Origin: Antedon mediterranea
Lineage: Eukaryota > Animalia > Echinodermata
Reading direction: 5' to 3'
DNA: 64,000 nt
NCBI RefSeq assembly: GCF_964355755.1
Contig: NC_092674.1
Coordinates: 23,808,001-23,872,000 of the forward strand
Shown here: one piece after another, positions 24,463 through 37,700 of the stretch
Numbering within the stretch: position 1 is the stretch's first letter
Layout: every line of letters begins with the position of its first letter
Position numbers and translations under genes: made by a program
The notes under the pieces: model-generated
Database searches by the model: none
What the model was told of the DNA's origin: nothing
Seen by the model: the letters and a program-made list of their open reading frames with translations, nothing else

Positions 24463-24957
24463 CAAAGAACTTATAACACAAGAATCTCCTGTTCTTCAAT
24501 TTGCATTCAAAACACAGTATCGGAAGTACAGGGTTAAAAGGTCAAACTGGGCGACGCCATTTCACAGCATGGAGCAGCGCCCCCTCCAAACTAGGAAGTC
24601 AATTACTCTACCCCCCTAGAGCATTAGCAGAACCCCTCTATGATTTTGACTTTCTAATTTGATGCGGGCGCCCTACTCCTCAGTCAATTACTCTATACCA
24701 CCTAGAGCATTAGCAGAACCCCTCTATGATTTTGACTTTCTAATTTGATGCGGGCGCCCTACTCCTCAGTCAATTACTCTATACCCCCTAGAGCATTAGC
24801 AGAACCCCTCTATGATTTTGACTTTCTAATTTGATGCGGGCGCCCTACTCCATGGCTCACAATGGCGCCACCCATAGCTCTATTCTATCCCACAATGCCT
24901 TTCGAAATTGTTACGCGCTTCGGACGAACAGGAGATTCTTGTGTTATAAGTTCTTTG
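24463..24957. mobile_element. Non-autonomous P-superfamily-like element
   Basis: 31-bp TIR CAAAGAACTTATAACACAAGAATCTCCTGTT; 7-bp TSD ATATAAT; absent at the paralogous site (~29613); three internal ~85-bp repeats. Confidence 0.8.
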
Positions 24958-25852
24958 ATATAATTCTGGAGCGTTGGAAGCGACATAAAACTATCAATGC
25001 AAAAGATAGGACATAGTACAATTTATTTTACATTTTTTAGGCTCGTCCCCCTATTTCAAAATCCTGGATCCATTACTGCGTAGTTTAGTGTTGAGGCGTT
25101 TGAGATTATAGACTACATGTCTTCCTTCGGGGCTGTCGACAAGGATGAAGCATTTGTTATTGTCTTTTGGTAAGGAACTTCTTGCTTCTGATTTAACATA
25201 ACATACGCCAATGTACCACCATAGGCCTTCGATCCCATACTTCACTTTTAGTTCCTTTTGACATTTCGATGTATCAATTGTTACTAAATATCGTTACCTG
25301 ATTTTGTATATATGCTTTTGAAAGAAGACATCATTATTTATCGATGCACCAAAAATGTAACAATTTATGTAAATATTCTGGGCCAGAGGCCTATAATATA
25401 GTATAAAAAAAGGACAGAACAGTAAAATGTTATGTGTTGTATGCTGTTGATGTAGGTCTACTTTGTTGTAGGCATTTGGCTGCTTGTTTGTCAGTGACAA
25501 TTTTATATATATTGTTCAGAATAGTGTATAGCTGATTGGAGAATGTGGCCTACTACGGTACTCAAAGTAGAAAGACATAGTTTTAATTATGTTTTGATCG
25601 TTGAATATTAAAGTATTGATGCATGGTAATATTTAATTCATCATTCTAAATTAAACACCAGGGCACTGACTTGGTAAATACTAAATTATACATGTTTCGT
25701 ATGCGTATCAGTTTCACGTTCGGAAAAAAGAATACATCGCTCAGTTCTCCGCATACGGAATTACAGTTTTACAGTGTTGATATAGTTTAAACTAACAGAC
25801 TGGTGGGATTATTGAAAATTGTATACCAGTTTAAAGAGTCTAATACAAAGTT

Positions 25853-26188
25853 ATGGCAGGCAAATGTAGACTTGACTTTATTGAGATTGTGAATAATATG
25901 TTAAGCTTAGCACCCTCGTCTGTAGATATATTGACGAATGGTCTAGTCTTTTTAACTGTCATATTGTTAAAAGATCTGCGGAAGAGGAATAACATTTTTC
26001 TGTGTAACATCACTTTAGCTGAGGTACTTCGGTGTACTGCTATCATGTGTATTGTTCTTTATTTGACATTTAAAAATAAAATGCCAGAAAAGTCGGACAA
26101 TTTTAATGGTACCAATGATGCAGCAGCAAACAATACGAGACTATGCTATTGGGTCCTTGAGATGGTGGTACATTATATGACGTATTAG
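25853..26188 (+). pseudogene. Truncated chimeric GPCR (B'): N-terminus to ECL1, cut at the duplication junction
   Basis: Homologous to 30515-30790 up to 26135, then reads into duplicated M6 intron sequence to a stop at 26188. Confidence 0.8.
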
Positions 26189-26627
26189 GCCTACGACGTC
26201 ATAAATTTCAGTCGATCGTATCATAACTTGTGGTGAATGTTTAATTGTCGGACCTAATTCCCAGATTTCTAAGATCATGATCGGGATGAGATGACGTAGT
26301 TTATTTCTTGCTTTCAGCATCTTCTTCTTCCCCACCTCCGTCAATTAACTTCTGAGCAACATATATCCTTATATTAATTATCAGTATATAGATTTGCAAT
26401 AGTTCATTGTACTAATGCAATAGTTGTTGTATTCGAATGACTGGAGCCCATGTAGGCCTAATTTAGATTTTTCTTTTCCTGACTAGAATTACACAGGCCT
26501 CTGTTTAAATAATGTGTTTCTGAATGTGATCTGAATGTGAAAATACAAAAAAAATGGAAGCGAAAAATAATCCCAAAAATCTATCATATATAATCTTATA
26601 AAAAAGGAATAATATATTCTTACTTAC

Positions 26628-26963
26628 AATTTGTGCATATCGTCCTCTATAGATGTATTCTCAAACATATCTTGTGTTTCTGATATGCCAACGAGTGAAG
26701 CACCAGTAAAGAAGCCAACGCCAGTGCACAGAAGAACGGTAGCGAATAGAGATCCATAAGGAATTCCTGTCCCACATTCGTCCCGATGAACTTTTAAACA
26801 ACAAAATAAAATGTACAAAAATGAAATATTAGTTTAGGCGAATGTGGTATCTTATACTGTATACGCCAGAACTGCCAATTCTCTGTAACCTAAAACCTAT
26901 CAACTATTCGAATGAGTGAAACGTTATATCGCCGTCGTTTCCACACTGACCATACTTACCCAT
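26628..26963 (-). other. Duplicated M6 exon 1 (26960-26963) and exon 2 (26628-26790) with upstream region
   Basis: Near-identical to 21305-21640 with intact ATG and splice sites; one amino-acid change (GVGIF to GVGFF). Confidence 0.85.
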
Positions 26964-27575
26964 TTTAACTCCCTGTTTTCGGCTTTCAGTTTAATAACAA
27001 TGATGTTACTTATTCCGTATCTTTCAAAAACACGACATTGAAAACTTGCTGATATAGACACAGTTTGTTTATCTTTCAAGTAAAGTACTGTATTTAAACG
27101 AACTCATGCAATGCCTATTTAATTTAAGAACATGCCTTGTTAACAGGTCTTAATGCTGTGAAATCAGGAAGGCTACTGGATGGTGGTGATAGTTTAGTTC
27201 AGATGTATCATAAAGTTAGCTTGTACTTTTAATAGGGGCGCCCTCTAATTTTAAGTTAAGTTTAACCATTGGCAGGTAGGAGTAAATGTTCAGTTTTTAG
27301 TCTACAGCTCAGTCGGTTGGTTGGCCGGTCAGTCGGTCGGTCGGTCGGTAAACACTAACGGAAATTTGAGCGCACGACTACAGCCATGTTTATATAGAAC
27401 GGTATGTTTAATAAGTATTTCGACATACTTTTTCAAATCCGTACACGGCATTGTTGATTATGTGGCACAGCTATATTTATAAACACACACATATATATAT
27501 ACAGTATATATATATATATATATTATATATATATATGACAATGGACTGTAGATTTATATATATAGATTCAGAGCC

Positions 27576-27634
27576 TAACACCTGAAGATTGAGGATGTAT
27601 TTTTATCTCTCTCGTGAAACAGTCTGTAGTGTTA
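27576..27634 (+). ncRNA. Hammerhead ribozyme motif, duplicate copy
   Basis: Same core as 22430-22488; two substitutions, both in the stem II region. Confidence 0.65.
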
Positions 27635-28587
27635 ATAAATATGTTTTTAATATTAACCTGAGTCTTAATTTTTCATTTATATTGCTCTGCCTCTGTATCG
27701 AGGACTCTTATCCCGACTCTTATTCATGATCTGGATCAAGTCTACCACGCAGATTAGCTACATTGGTATACATTTAATTTAAGACAATGTGTGTATACTA
27801 TTAGTGATGAAAGTGATGCAAACAGGACAGGGACTCTTTAAAATGGCCACCGTATCGGCTCAAAATACTATGTTATATAAATAACCTAAAATACCATGAA
27901 GAGTAGTCTGTTCCAGACGGAGTTTGTTTTAATATTAGTAAAAAGATAAATATGTTGGCACATATGGCGTTTCATACGTATACTACTTGAGTTTCGATAG
28001 TAAAAAATCGAAATAAAAACAAATAAATAAAAAAAAAGACAACGAATACAGACTTGAGGCAAGTCTACATGAAGAACCACATTACACTTTTTAGAACTCT
28101 ATTGTTAATGGCAATACAATAAAAAATCTTTCATTTGTAAAAGATTTAAAAACCAATAGATGCACTGATTATGCTTAAATAACATAATATACAACTCAAC
28201 ATAATTTGAAGCCATAAATTGACGTTTCGATATTTATTGATGTTCATCATCGTTCTAAATTCTACCGTATTCTATTATTCCTTAGTTCTCATGGATTTGA
28301 ATTTAAAATGTTGTTGCTACGTTAATTAAATGATACTTTCGTTGAATTTCCAAATTACTAATGCACCGTAAATCAAGAATGCGTCATTTAAAATTAAGCA
28401 TCCTGGGGGCACTGAATTTGTAAATTACATGAATTATACATGTTTGTAGGCGTATCGAGTTCATATTGAAATTGGAAGACAATGGAATATTACAGTTATA
28501 CAATTTTTGCTTAAGCTAAACTGACAGGATAGAAGATAGAATCTGCAGAATACTTAATTGTACACCATAATAGGGCTATACGAAATC

Positions 28588-29547
28588 ATGTCCTATGCTG
28601 ACAATTTCACCCGTGATAATCACACAGAGAATGGGTTTTGTGAGACGACTAAATGTGTAAAGCTGGGAAGTTATACAGCTAAGCAAGTTGTATCAACCTT
28701 ACTATTGTCTATACTATCTATCGATATTCTGACTAATGGACTTGTTTTTCTAACTATAGTACTATTAGGAAATTTACGGACGAGAAATAACATTTTTTTG
28801 TGTAACATCAACTTTTCCGAGATACTTCGATGTACTGTTATAGGATTATTTATTATTTTCCATCATGGTGGCGAATCAAAATATGAAGAAAGGAAAGCCT
28901 TTAAACAAAGCGATATGTTCAGATCTGTGACTAATTATACAAGTACAGAAAACATTGCAGACCGTGTACAGTACTTGGTTTATATATCAAAAGAGACGAC
29001 CCTTCTGGTCACGCAAATGATCATTCTCAGTATGTCAGTAGAAAGATACATTGCCGTCGTCAAAGCTCCAATAAGATACAAACTAATCTACACAAAAACA
29101 TTTTACTGGAAAATAGTATTAGCAATTTGGATCGCCAGTGTCTGTATTTCTTGTGCTACAGTAGTTCTACGAAAGAAAATTGATTGTCGTTTTCGTTATC
29201 TACAATGTGTGATTATTCTACTAATTATTAGTAATTTCATTATTGTCATGATAATTGTTCGTGCTATAAGATCGATTTATATAATATGTACATCTGGACG
29301 GAAGAATCGTATATTTAAACATAGTTACCGAATAGCTAAACTTAACCTGATGAGAAACGCTATATTTACAACTGTGATGCTGATTGTCTATTCTGTACAA
29401 GTAATGTGTCTGTTTTACCCTCTTTTAAATCTAGTTTTGTCGCTTGATTCTTTCTTTACCCCATTTTTAGTTTGGAAGTTTCATCCTAGCTTTAAAAAAG
29501 AAGTTTATAAATATATAGGAACTGAAAAGGAGAAGATTAGAACATAA
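28588..29547 (+). CDS. Intronless class A GPCR, copy A'
   Basis: Near-identical paralog of 23431-24396 with about 9 amino-acid changes; CAA to TAA shortens the C-terminus by 2 aa. Confidence 0.85.
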   Translation: MSYADNFTRDNHTENGFCETTKCVKLGSYTAKQVVSTLLLSILSIDILTNGLVFLTIVLLGNLRTRNNIFLCNINFSEILRCTVIGLFIIFHHGGESKYEERKAFKQSDMFRSVTNYTSTENIADRVQYLVYISKETTLLVTQMIILSMSVERYIAVVKAPIRYKLIYTKTFYWKIVLAIWIASVCISCATVVLRKKIDCRFRYLQCVIILLIISNFIIVMIIVRAIRSIYIICTSGRKNRIFKHSYRIAKLNLMRNAIFTTVMLIVYSVQVMCLFYPLLNLVLSLDSFFTPFLVWKFHPSFKKEVYKYIGTEKEKIRT

Positions 29548-30514
29548 GCTTAATCTGCGTGTGCGGGAGGAGAAGCTATGCAGATTGTGAATTCGCATGT
29601 AGATCTTTCTAAATATAATTCTGGAGCGTTGGAAGCGACATAAAACTATCAATGCAAAAGATAGGACATAGTACAATTCATTTTACATTTTTTAGGCTCG
29701 TCCCCCTATTTCAAAATCCTGGATCCATTACTGCGTAGTTTAGTGTTGAGGCGTTTGAGATTATAGACTACATGTCTTCCTTCGGGGCTGTCGACAAGGA
29801 TGAAGCATTTGTTATTGTCTTTTGGTAAGGAACTTCTTGCTTCTGATTTAACATAACATACGCCAATGTACCACCATAGGCCTTCGATCCCATACTTCAC
29901 TTTTAGTTCCTTTTGGCATTTCGATGTATCACTTGTTGCTAAATATCGTTACCTGATTTTGTATATATGCTTTTGAAAGAAGACATCATTATTTATCGAT
30001 GCACCAAAAATGTAACAATTTATGTAAATATTCTTGGCCAGAGGCCTATAATATAGTATAAAAAAAGACCAGAACAGTAAAATGTTATGTGTTGTATGCT
30101 GTAGATGTTTGTTTCTTCTTTGTTGTAGGCATTTGGCTGCTTGTTTGTCAGTGACAATTTTATATATATTGTTCAGAATAGTGTATAGCTGATTGGAGAA
30201 TGTGGCCTACTACGGTACTCAAAGTAGAAAGACATAGTTTGAATTATGTTTTGATCGTTGAATATTAAAGTATTGATGCATGGTAATATTTAATTCATCA
30301 TTCTAAATTAAACACCAGGGCACTGACTTGGTAAATACTAAATTATACATGTTTCGTATGCGTATCAGTTTCACGATCGGAAAAGAGAATACATCGCTCA
30401 GTTCTCCGCATACGGCATTACAGTTCTACAATGTTGATATAGTTTAAACTAACAGACTGGTGGGATTAGAGTATTGAAAATTGTATACCAGTTTAAAGAG
30501 TCTAATATTAAATT

Positions 30515-31372
30515 ATGGCAGGCGAATGTAATCGTGACTTTATTAAGATTGTGAAGGAATTAAGCTTAGCACACTCGTCTGTAGATATATTGACGAATGG
30601 TCTAGTCTTTTTAACTGTCATATTGTTAAAAGATCTGCGGAAGAGGAATAACATTTTTCTGTGTAACATCACTTTAGCTGAGGTACTTCGATGTACTGCT
30701 ATCATGTTTATTGTTCTTTGTAAAAGTAACTATGAAAAGGTAGAAAAGTCGGAAATTTTTAATTATACCAATGATGCAGCAAACAATACAGACTACTACA
30801 AGAAACGGCAGTTCTTCGCTGTTGCTGTTGTATCAAAAGAGACGACAATACTGGCCACGCAGATGATCATCCTCAGTATGTCAGTAGAAAGATACATTGC
30901 CGTCGTCAAAGCTCCAATAAGATACAAACTAATCTACACAAAAACATTTTACTGGAAAATAGTATTAGCAATTTGGATCTCCAGTGTCTGTATTTCTTGT
31001 GCCGCTTTTCTTCCGAAAGACAAAAACTTTCAGAATTTGAGATATTTTATTTTTGTACTCATTATTAGTAATTTCATTATTGTCGTTTTAATTGTTCGCG
31101 CTATAAGATCGAGTTATTTTAGTACATCTGGACAAAGGAATAGAATATTTAAACACAGCTACCGAATAGCTAAACTTAACCTGATGAGAAATGCTATATT
31201 TGCCATATCGCTGGTACTAGTTTACTCTCTACGCTTTACTAAACGATGTTTGCCTATCTTTTTAAATCTAGTGTTGTCGATCGATTCTTTCTTTACGCCA
31301 GTTTTAGTTTGGAAGTTTCATCCTAGCTTTAAAACAGAAGTTTATAAACATTTTGTTAGAAAGGGAAATTGA
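30515..31372 (+). CDS. Intronless class A GPCR, copy B
   Basis: 285-aa 7TM ORF with MSVERYIAVVKAPIRY and IDSFFTP motifs. Confidence 0.85.
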   Translation: MAGECNRDFIKIVKELSLAHSSVDILTNGLVFLTVILLKDLRKRNNIFLCNITLAEVLRCTAIMFIVLCKSNYEKVEKSEIFNYTNDAANNTDYYKKRQFFAVAVVSKETTILATQMIILSMSVERYIAVVKAPIRYKLIYTKTFYWKIVLAIWISSVCISCAAFLPKDKNFQNLRYFIFVLIISNFIIVVLIVRAIRSSYFSTSGQRNRIFKHSYRIAKLNLMRNAIFAISLVLVYSLRFTKRCLPIFLNLVLSIDSFFTPVLVWKFHPSFKTEVYKHFVRKGN

Positions 31373-32221
31373 AATATTGAAACTGTTTATAGAATTATCA
31401 TCATCAAGAGTATAACATCTAAATCGTATCAATCTGACACGAACCTAGGCGGATAAAATATCTGTTTTATTGTAGGCCTGAAATATAAATCTTTACAACA
31501 ACTATTTTTCTACAGCAGTGAAGCAGAACAAGAGCGTTATGAAATAATCCAAGTGAAGCCTAGCTTTCAGAAATTTTGTGTAATGATATAAGATAGGAAA
31601 TTCATCAAAATTTACTTTAATAAGGAACTGTGAGTTTAAATCAATACTTTTTATGTTTACTTTACTGTTTATAATTGTCAACACTTTAATTGGTGACATT
31701 ATATATATATAAAATATTAAATGCTTAATGCATTGTAAATAAATAATTCATAATGCAGATAAAGCATCATGACACTGATTTTGTAACTGTTAAATTATAC
31801 ATGTTTCGTATGCATATTTATTGAAAATTGATGTATTTTTCGGCATACGACATACAGAAATAAGGCCTACAGGCTTAAAACTAACTGACTGAAGATTGAG
31901 GATCGTCACTCAGAGTACTATACTTTGTTATTGTAAACCACACATTTCTGTTGCATCATTGACTTCAACTATAAATTTCTACCTGCAAAGTATAACATTT
32001 AAAACCTGCTACCAACCGCTGTTGTAGGCCTATTCATCCGAGAAGCCGCCTTATCTTCCATCAGAGAGCTGATAAAAACACCGAGGCAAGTTTTTAATTT
32101 ACTGTTGCTTTCTTCAGTTCTCATTTAAATTGTATATTTCTCGCTTTGCTTGCTTCGGTTGAGCCGCAAAGGTATACCGAACAAAGTACCACTTTTGTGT
32201 CAAAGGTTAGAATACGGAATT

Positions 32222-33091
32222 ATGGATAAAGACAACAACACCTTAAATGTAAATGCGAATCATTGTCGCACTGAATGTGAGGGAGAAGAGGAACATGCGT
32301 TTATGGGCAATGTGTGGAAAGAAGTAACCGTAGCCGTAGTATGTCTAGACTGTCTGACGAATGGACTAGTCTTTCTAACTATCATTTTATTAAGAAACCT
32401 ACGGAAGCGAAATAACATTTTCCTGTGTAACATTAGCTTATCTGAGGTAATTCGATGTACGGCTATAATAATCATTTGTAATTTTCGAAAAAACCATGAG
32501 GAAAAACACATTGAATTAATTGCTTTTCACGTAATAAAAGAGACGTCTCTTCTAGTAACGCAGATGATCATTCTCAGTATGTCAGTAGAAAGATACATCG
32601 CCGTCGTCAAAGCTCCAATAAGATACAAACTAATCTACACAAAAACATTTTACTGGAAAATAGTATTATCAATTTGGATCGTCAGTCTCTGTATTTCTTG
32701 TGCTACTACAGTTCTACAAACGAATATTTATTGTCGTTTTCGTTATCTGCATTGTGTGATTATAGTACCCATTATTAGTAATTTTATTATTGTCTTTTTA
32801 ATTGTTCGTGCTATAAGATCGAGTTATTTAAGTACATCTGGACAAAGGAATCGTACATTTAAACATAGTTACCGAATTGGTAAACTTAACCTGAGAAGAA
32901 ATGCTGTCTTTTCCTGCGCTTATGTAATAATTGTGAGCTTACAAGCTAGATATCATTGTTGGTTTTATTCCCTTTTAAATCTGTTGCTGTCGGTTGATTC
33001 GTTTGTTACCCCCGTTTTAGTTTGGATGTTTCACCCTAGCTTTAAAACAGAAGTTTATAAGTATATTAAGAACTGTCAAAAAGATGCTTAA
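32222..33091 (+). CDS. Intronless class A GPCR, copy C
   Basis: Same family motifs; first ATG at 32222 (MDKDNNT...); ORF open from TTG 32150. Confidence 0.85.
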   Translation: MDKDNNTLNVNANHCRTECEGEEEHAFMGNVWKEVTVAVVCLDCLTNGLVFLTIILLRNLRKRNNIFLCNISLSEVIRCTAIIIICNFRKNHEEKHIELIAFHVIKETSLLVTQMIILSMSVERYIAVVKAPIRYKLIYTKTFYWKIVLSIWIVSLCISCATTVLQTNIYCRFRYLHCVIIVPIISNFIIVFLIVRAIRSSYLSTSGQRNRTFKHSYRIGKLNLRRNAVFSCAYVIIVSLQARYHCWFYSLLNLLLSVDSFVTPVLVWMFHPSFKTEVYKYIKNCQKDA

Positions 33092-33135
33092 AACAATATA
33101 AAATATTATATAGTACTTATTAACACTAATGTTAA

Positions 33136-33791
33136 AGATGTATTGTCCCTTGAAACACAAAAAATGAAAAAAAAAAATATTCTAAATTTAAATTGGCCAT
33201 ATCAAAGTAATATTAAAGTTATTCACTTTAAGTCGAAAATTCGAGCCAAAAACAACAAGTTTACGTAATTAACAGGTAAATTAATTAGATTACATTTCGT
33301 CTGGGAAATCGTCGCAAGCGAAAGTAAACAAAGATTTCAAACCATGAGTATGCATTATGCAGGGAGTTTTCGAAATTAAAAACAAATTTTTTTTTTGGAA
33401 TTAGTCAAAGGGACAATACATCTTTAAAGATATATTGTTCCCCTGAAAAATAATTTAAAAAAATGTTTTGAATATGTCATTTTAATGTCACGTAGGCCTA
33501 ATAGTTATTCACTTTGACCAAAAACTGGATCGAAACAAAATTATACCTGAAAATAGGTGTAATTTTAATTAAAAAATACTTAGGCCTACATTATCTGTCA
33601 ATGAATTTTTGGCTAAAATTAACCGTTTATTTTGTCTTTCTATAGGCCTAAGTGAAATTAAAAAAATTTTCTATAGATGTGAATAACTTTTTATACTATT
33701 GTACTAATAACTATTAAAACTGCAAAAATGACCTATTAAAAGTATGATTTTATAAATCTTCATTTTCATTTTCTTGGGGGACAATACATCT
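33136..33791. mobile_element. Two abutting Kolobok-like MITEs (33136-33423, 33428-33791)
   Basis: TIR AGATGTATTGTCCC...GGGACAATACATCT, with TTAA at 33132, 33424 and 33792; related fragment at ~2800-3060. Confidence 0.65.
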
Positions 33792-34705
33792 TTAAACTTA
33801 TGTTTTAATTTCACCTTCAATAACTAAAACGCCTCTGATAATTATTATTTGCTTTGTCTGAGAATGTCTATTTCGCTTGCTATTGCTAGGAAATTTATTT
33901 TATAATACAAGCTTGGTTCTCACTAGAGACGTAACGGAAGGACGTAGGCGGAAGTTAAGTGATTTGACCAATCACAAATGATGGAATATTGATTTGCCAT
34001 TGGTCAACTAGTAGCCTGCGTCCGTCCTTTAAGCTGGTTTTCCACTAGACAACTTTATTCGCGCGAATCAAAAGTATTGACGAATGCTCATGCGCATTGG
34101 TATTTTCATCGACTTTTTATGACGTGAAAAATGCACAACCACAATCAGAACTCAGGAATTTTCGATTCGCGTGAATATATCTTTTTTTAGACTACGCATG
34201 CGCTTTTCACTTAAGTTGTCACGCATACAAGGTCGACTTTCGCTAAGTACTAATTTATTATTTAACACATCTTTTGAATTTTTAAAAACATGAACGAAAC
34301 AATTACAAAAAAGACTGTTTTAGGTCAATGCTTGTAGTTTTTTTATAAAATATTGTTTAATCATATTTACTTTCCTAATAAAAACAGGAATTTCGACTTA
34401 TAATAACCAAACTAGTAAGATTTTACAGTACAGTATTGCAATGAGTGGCCTCAATTTTCACCTATATCAATGCCGAATGTCATTGTCAATTTTGAAACCC
34501 ACCGTACCAAAGTCACTCAAATTACGTGTTAGCTCTATACTTTTTAGGCCTAAAATTAAACACGGCGTTATAAAACGTCGACAATAGGCCTATACCTATA
34601 TGTTTATATAAAGCTGATATTAATTAATAGACCACAATTATAAATTGAAAAAAAAATTAAATTTCGACATACAATGTAGTCGTTTCATAATTCTAGATGT
34701 AGAAT

Positions 34706-37700
34706 TTAAAAATATGATTCCAAAGAACCATTCCGTCTAACATCACATGTCCAGCAGTGACTACCTCCACCTAAAGAGCTTGCAAAACGTAAATCAACTT
34801 TGATACATTCCAAACCAAGTTTCTCAAAAAGTTTTTGCGTAGGAATTTCATTGACATCTACGACTACTCGATTATGATCTAACATCAACACATTCATCGA
34901 CAGCCAGGTTGACGAAAACCACATAGTATGATCTAAACCAAAAAAAAATGTTTTATTAGGACTTAGTATTTATTAGTATTAAATTTGTTGCTATATGTTT
35001 AGCTTTAGCTCTTTCATCTATTTTGGAATTTCTTGTATATGAGAGCCTGTTTGTAATTATGCGATATGATGAAGAAATACAAATGTTTATTTCATTTCAT
35101 TTATTTATTTGACCCCAACAAACCTTAATGTAAAATGAACAGAGGAGAATTTGTCAGAGACTGCTAAACAAAAGTACTATCATTTTAAGATTCAACATGT
35201 ATTATGTTAAGTTGTTCAAGAAACATGCCCGCAACTTTACATTACCTGAAATATATCGAAGCTCATCGGTTGTATGAGCAAGGCAATCTAAGAACAGGAA
35301 GCTCAGTTCCGGAGATCAAAGGGGTTTATATGTGGCTGCGGAGAATATGTACATTGTACAGTAATGTTGGTATTTGTCGCAGCCAGACATAAGATCAAAG
35401 GACTGTTACACGTTTCTATCTTGGCAAAGAGAACTCAGTGTCCTGTTGTTATAGTCCAGTCCCTAAGGGGAAATGATGTTACCATAGTGGATACAAGTGT
35501 GCCCTTTGGCATGTTGATAGAACATGATATGGAGATACCAAAACAAAGTTACTGGAAATCTGATTTGACCTCTGTGACCTCTGACCTCAATTTTTATATT
35601 TCTATCTTAAACAGCCATATCTCCGCAACGGGTTTGACAATTGAAATGATATTGGTGTCAAATAGATCAGAGGGTACATATTTATATTCGCTCTAATAGA
35701 ACTTTTTCCAAAAAAAACGACCGGAAATGTAATTTCTCAATGTTTTGACCTTTGACCTCGACTTACTATATCTCAATAACTACTGATCAAAATTTCTTGA
35801 AATTGGTTTCAAATTGTTAAGAGCATACATATTTATATATACTCTAATTAAACATGTTCTTCCAAATCCACAGGAAATGTCATTTACTGACCTTTGACCT
35901 TTAATGTTTAAATATGTCTGTATCTCTGTAACCAAATGTCATAAAAAGTTCAACTTGGTGTCAAAATGTTCAAAATGTAAACATTTATATTAGCTCTAAT
36001 AGAAGATGTTATCATATTTTTACTGAAAATGCCAGTTTGAGGTATGACCAGGATATACAGTTAAGCGTGCGTGTGTCATACTTATAATAATATACCTAAA
36101 ATATAGATTTATGGACCAGAACTACATTCAATATCCTATTTAGCCTTTTACAATTTTCTTAAAACTTAATGTTTAATTTAATTTCAATATATAATTCCAT
36201 CGCATGGTAGGCCTACACCGTAAGAGCAACACTTAATATCAACAAAAAATTAGATAAACTTAAAAGTTAAATAACATTTAAAAAAAGAAAGAAAATCAGG
36301 ATCTTAAAGAAAGAAAAGAAGAATTAACCAATGCGATTTGATACTCATAAAACATATGACCTAATTATCAATTAATTGCTTGAAGTATGCTGAAAAAATA
36401 AAATGTTTGAAACAGTGAGGAAAAAGCGAAGAAAAGAAAAACATATTTTAAAATATTAGAAATCTGAAAAGGATCAAAGACAAATTAATTACAAAGCTGA
36501 TTTCTTTTCAAGAACATACTGTAGTGGAATATAAAAGGAAAACAAACCAGTGAGCAGTCAAAATTACCATCTTGGCTTGATGAGGCAATAACACATCCAG
36601 CTCATAACACTATACAACAAAATCTTTGAAACCAGAAGAAATTAAGAGAAGCAATGATAATTATACTTTAATCCACAAAAACATGACAAAACTAACATCA
36701 ACCATTACCGACCAAACGAACATTATCACATGTACACAAATAATTTACAAAAGTAATCAAAAAACAAAATCAGAGACCGACTAGAAGTAAATAAACCAAT
36801 AAGGCTTTATACAGTAGGACCATCTTATACAGTTTGTCAATCAACTAAAATAAAAAGGAAATGAATATCACCAAATCTTTGATTTAGAGATTATCAGAAA
36901 GCATTTGGCTCAATAAAACAGGCATTACCATATTAGAGGGAAATATTATACCTCAACAAATATTGATTACGATCGTTCAAAGAGAAGTTAAGAAAGATTA
37001 GTAAGACAAGGCAACACTTAAGATCTTCACTGCATTGGAAGAGGTGTTTAATCAAAGAGCTAATCTAAAAAATAGAGTAAATATCACTTTAAAGACAAAA
37101 TAAACAGTTAATTTAACCAAAATCACATTGACTTCCAGCCTATTTTTTGCTTTGAATTACAGTTTTTTTTGGGTATGCACTATATCATTTTTTTTTCAAT
37201 CCAATTTTTGGTGAAACTATTATGTGTGACATTAAAATTGCATATTCAACAAAAATATTTTTCAAAATTACTTTTGTCAGGGGGAAAATAAGTATATCTT
37301 TAATAGCATGTGATATTATTAGCAAATATTTCAAATGTAGTTTTAAAACTTTCCCATTACAAACAATTGCCATAATTCTGATAACATTACAATACACCCA
37401 TCCTCTGGAACTTATTTTCAAATGTAGCTAAAAACTTTCCAGTACAATTCCGGCCATTTTGATGTGTATAGATGCATGCAGTAGCATTGGAAAAGCGAGA
37501 GAGGGGGAGGTGGTTGGGGTGATAGAGAGACACATATTTTTTACACGTTTGTCTACACTATAACTTAGTTTAACAAAAAAGGTGTGGTGTGCCCAAATAT
37601 GGTAGTGATATGTCATTCATCGTGTCCATATATATGGGCACATCACATTTTTTTGTCGCATATAGTGTAGACAGAGTTTAACATTTGTGTAACATGTAAC

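Noticed and set aside
25051-25245. Identical 64-aa minus-strand ORFs here and at 29706-29900 (likewise 20813-21007 and 26141-26344)
   Set aside because: Identity is explained by the recent duplication; no coding motifs or splice support.
31889-31903. 15-bp match (ctgaagattgaggat) to the hammerhead 5' half upstream of GPCR-C
   Set aside because: No GAAA/stem III or stem I partner; chance match or remnant.
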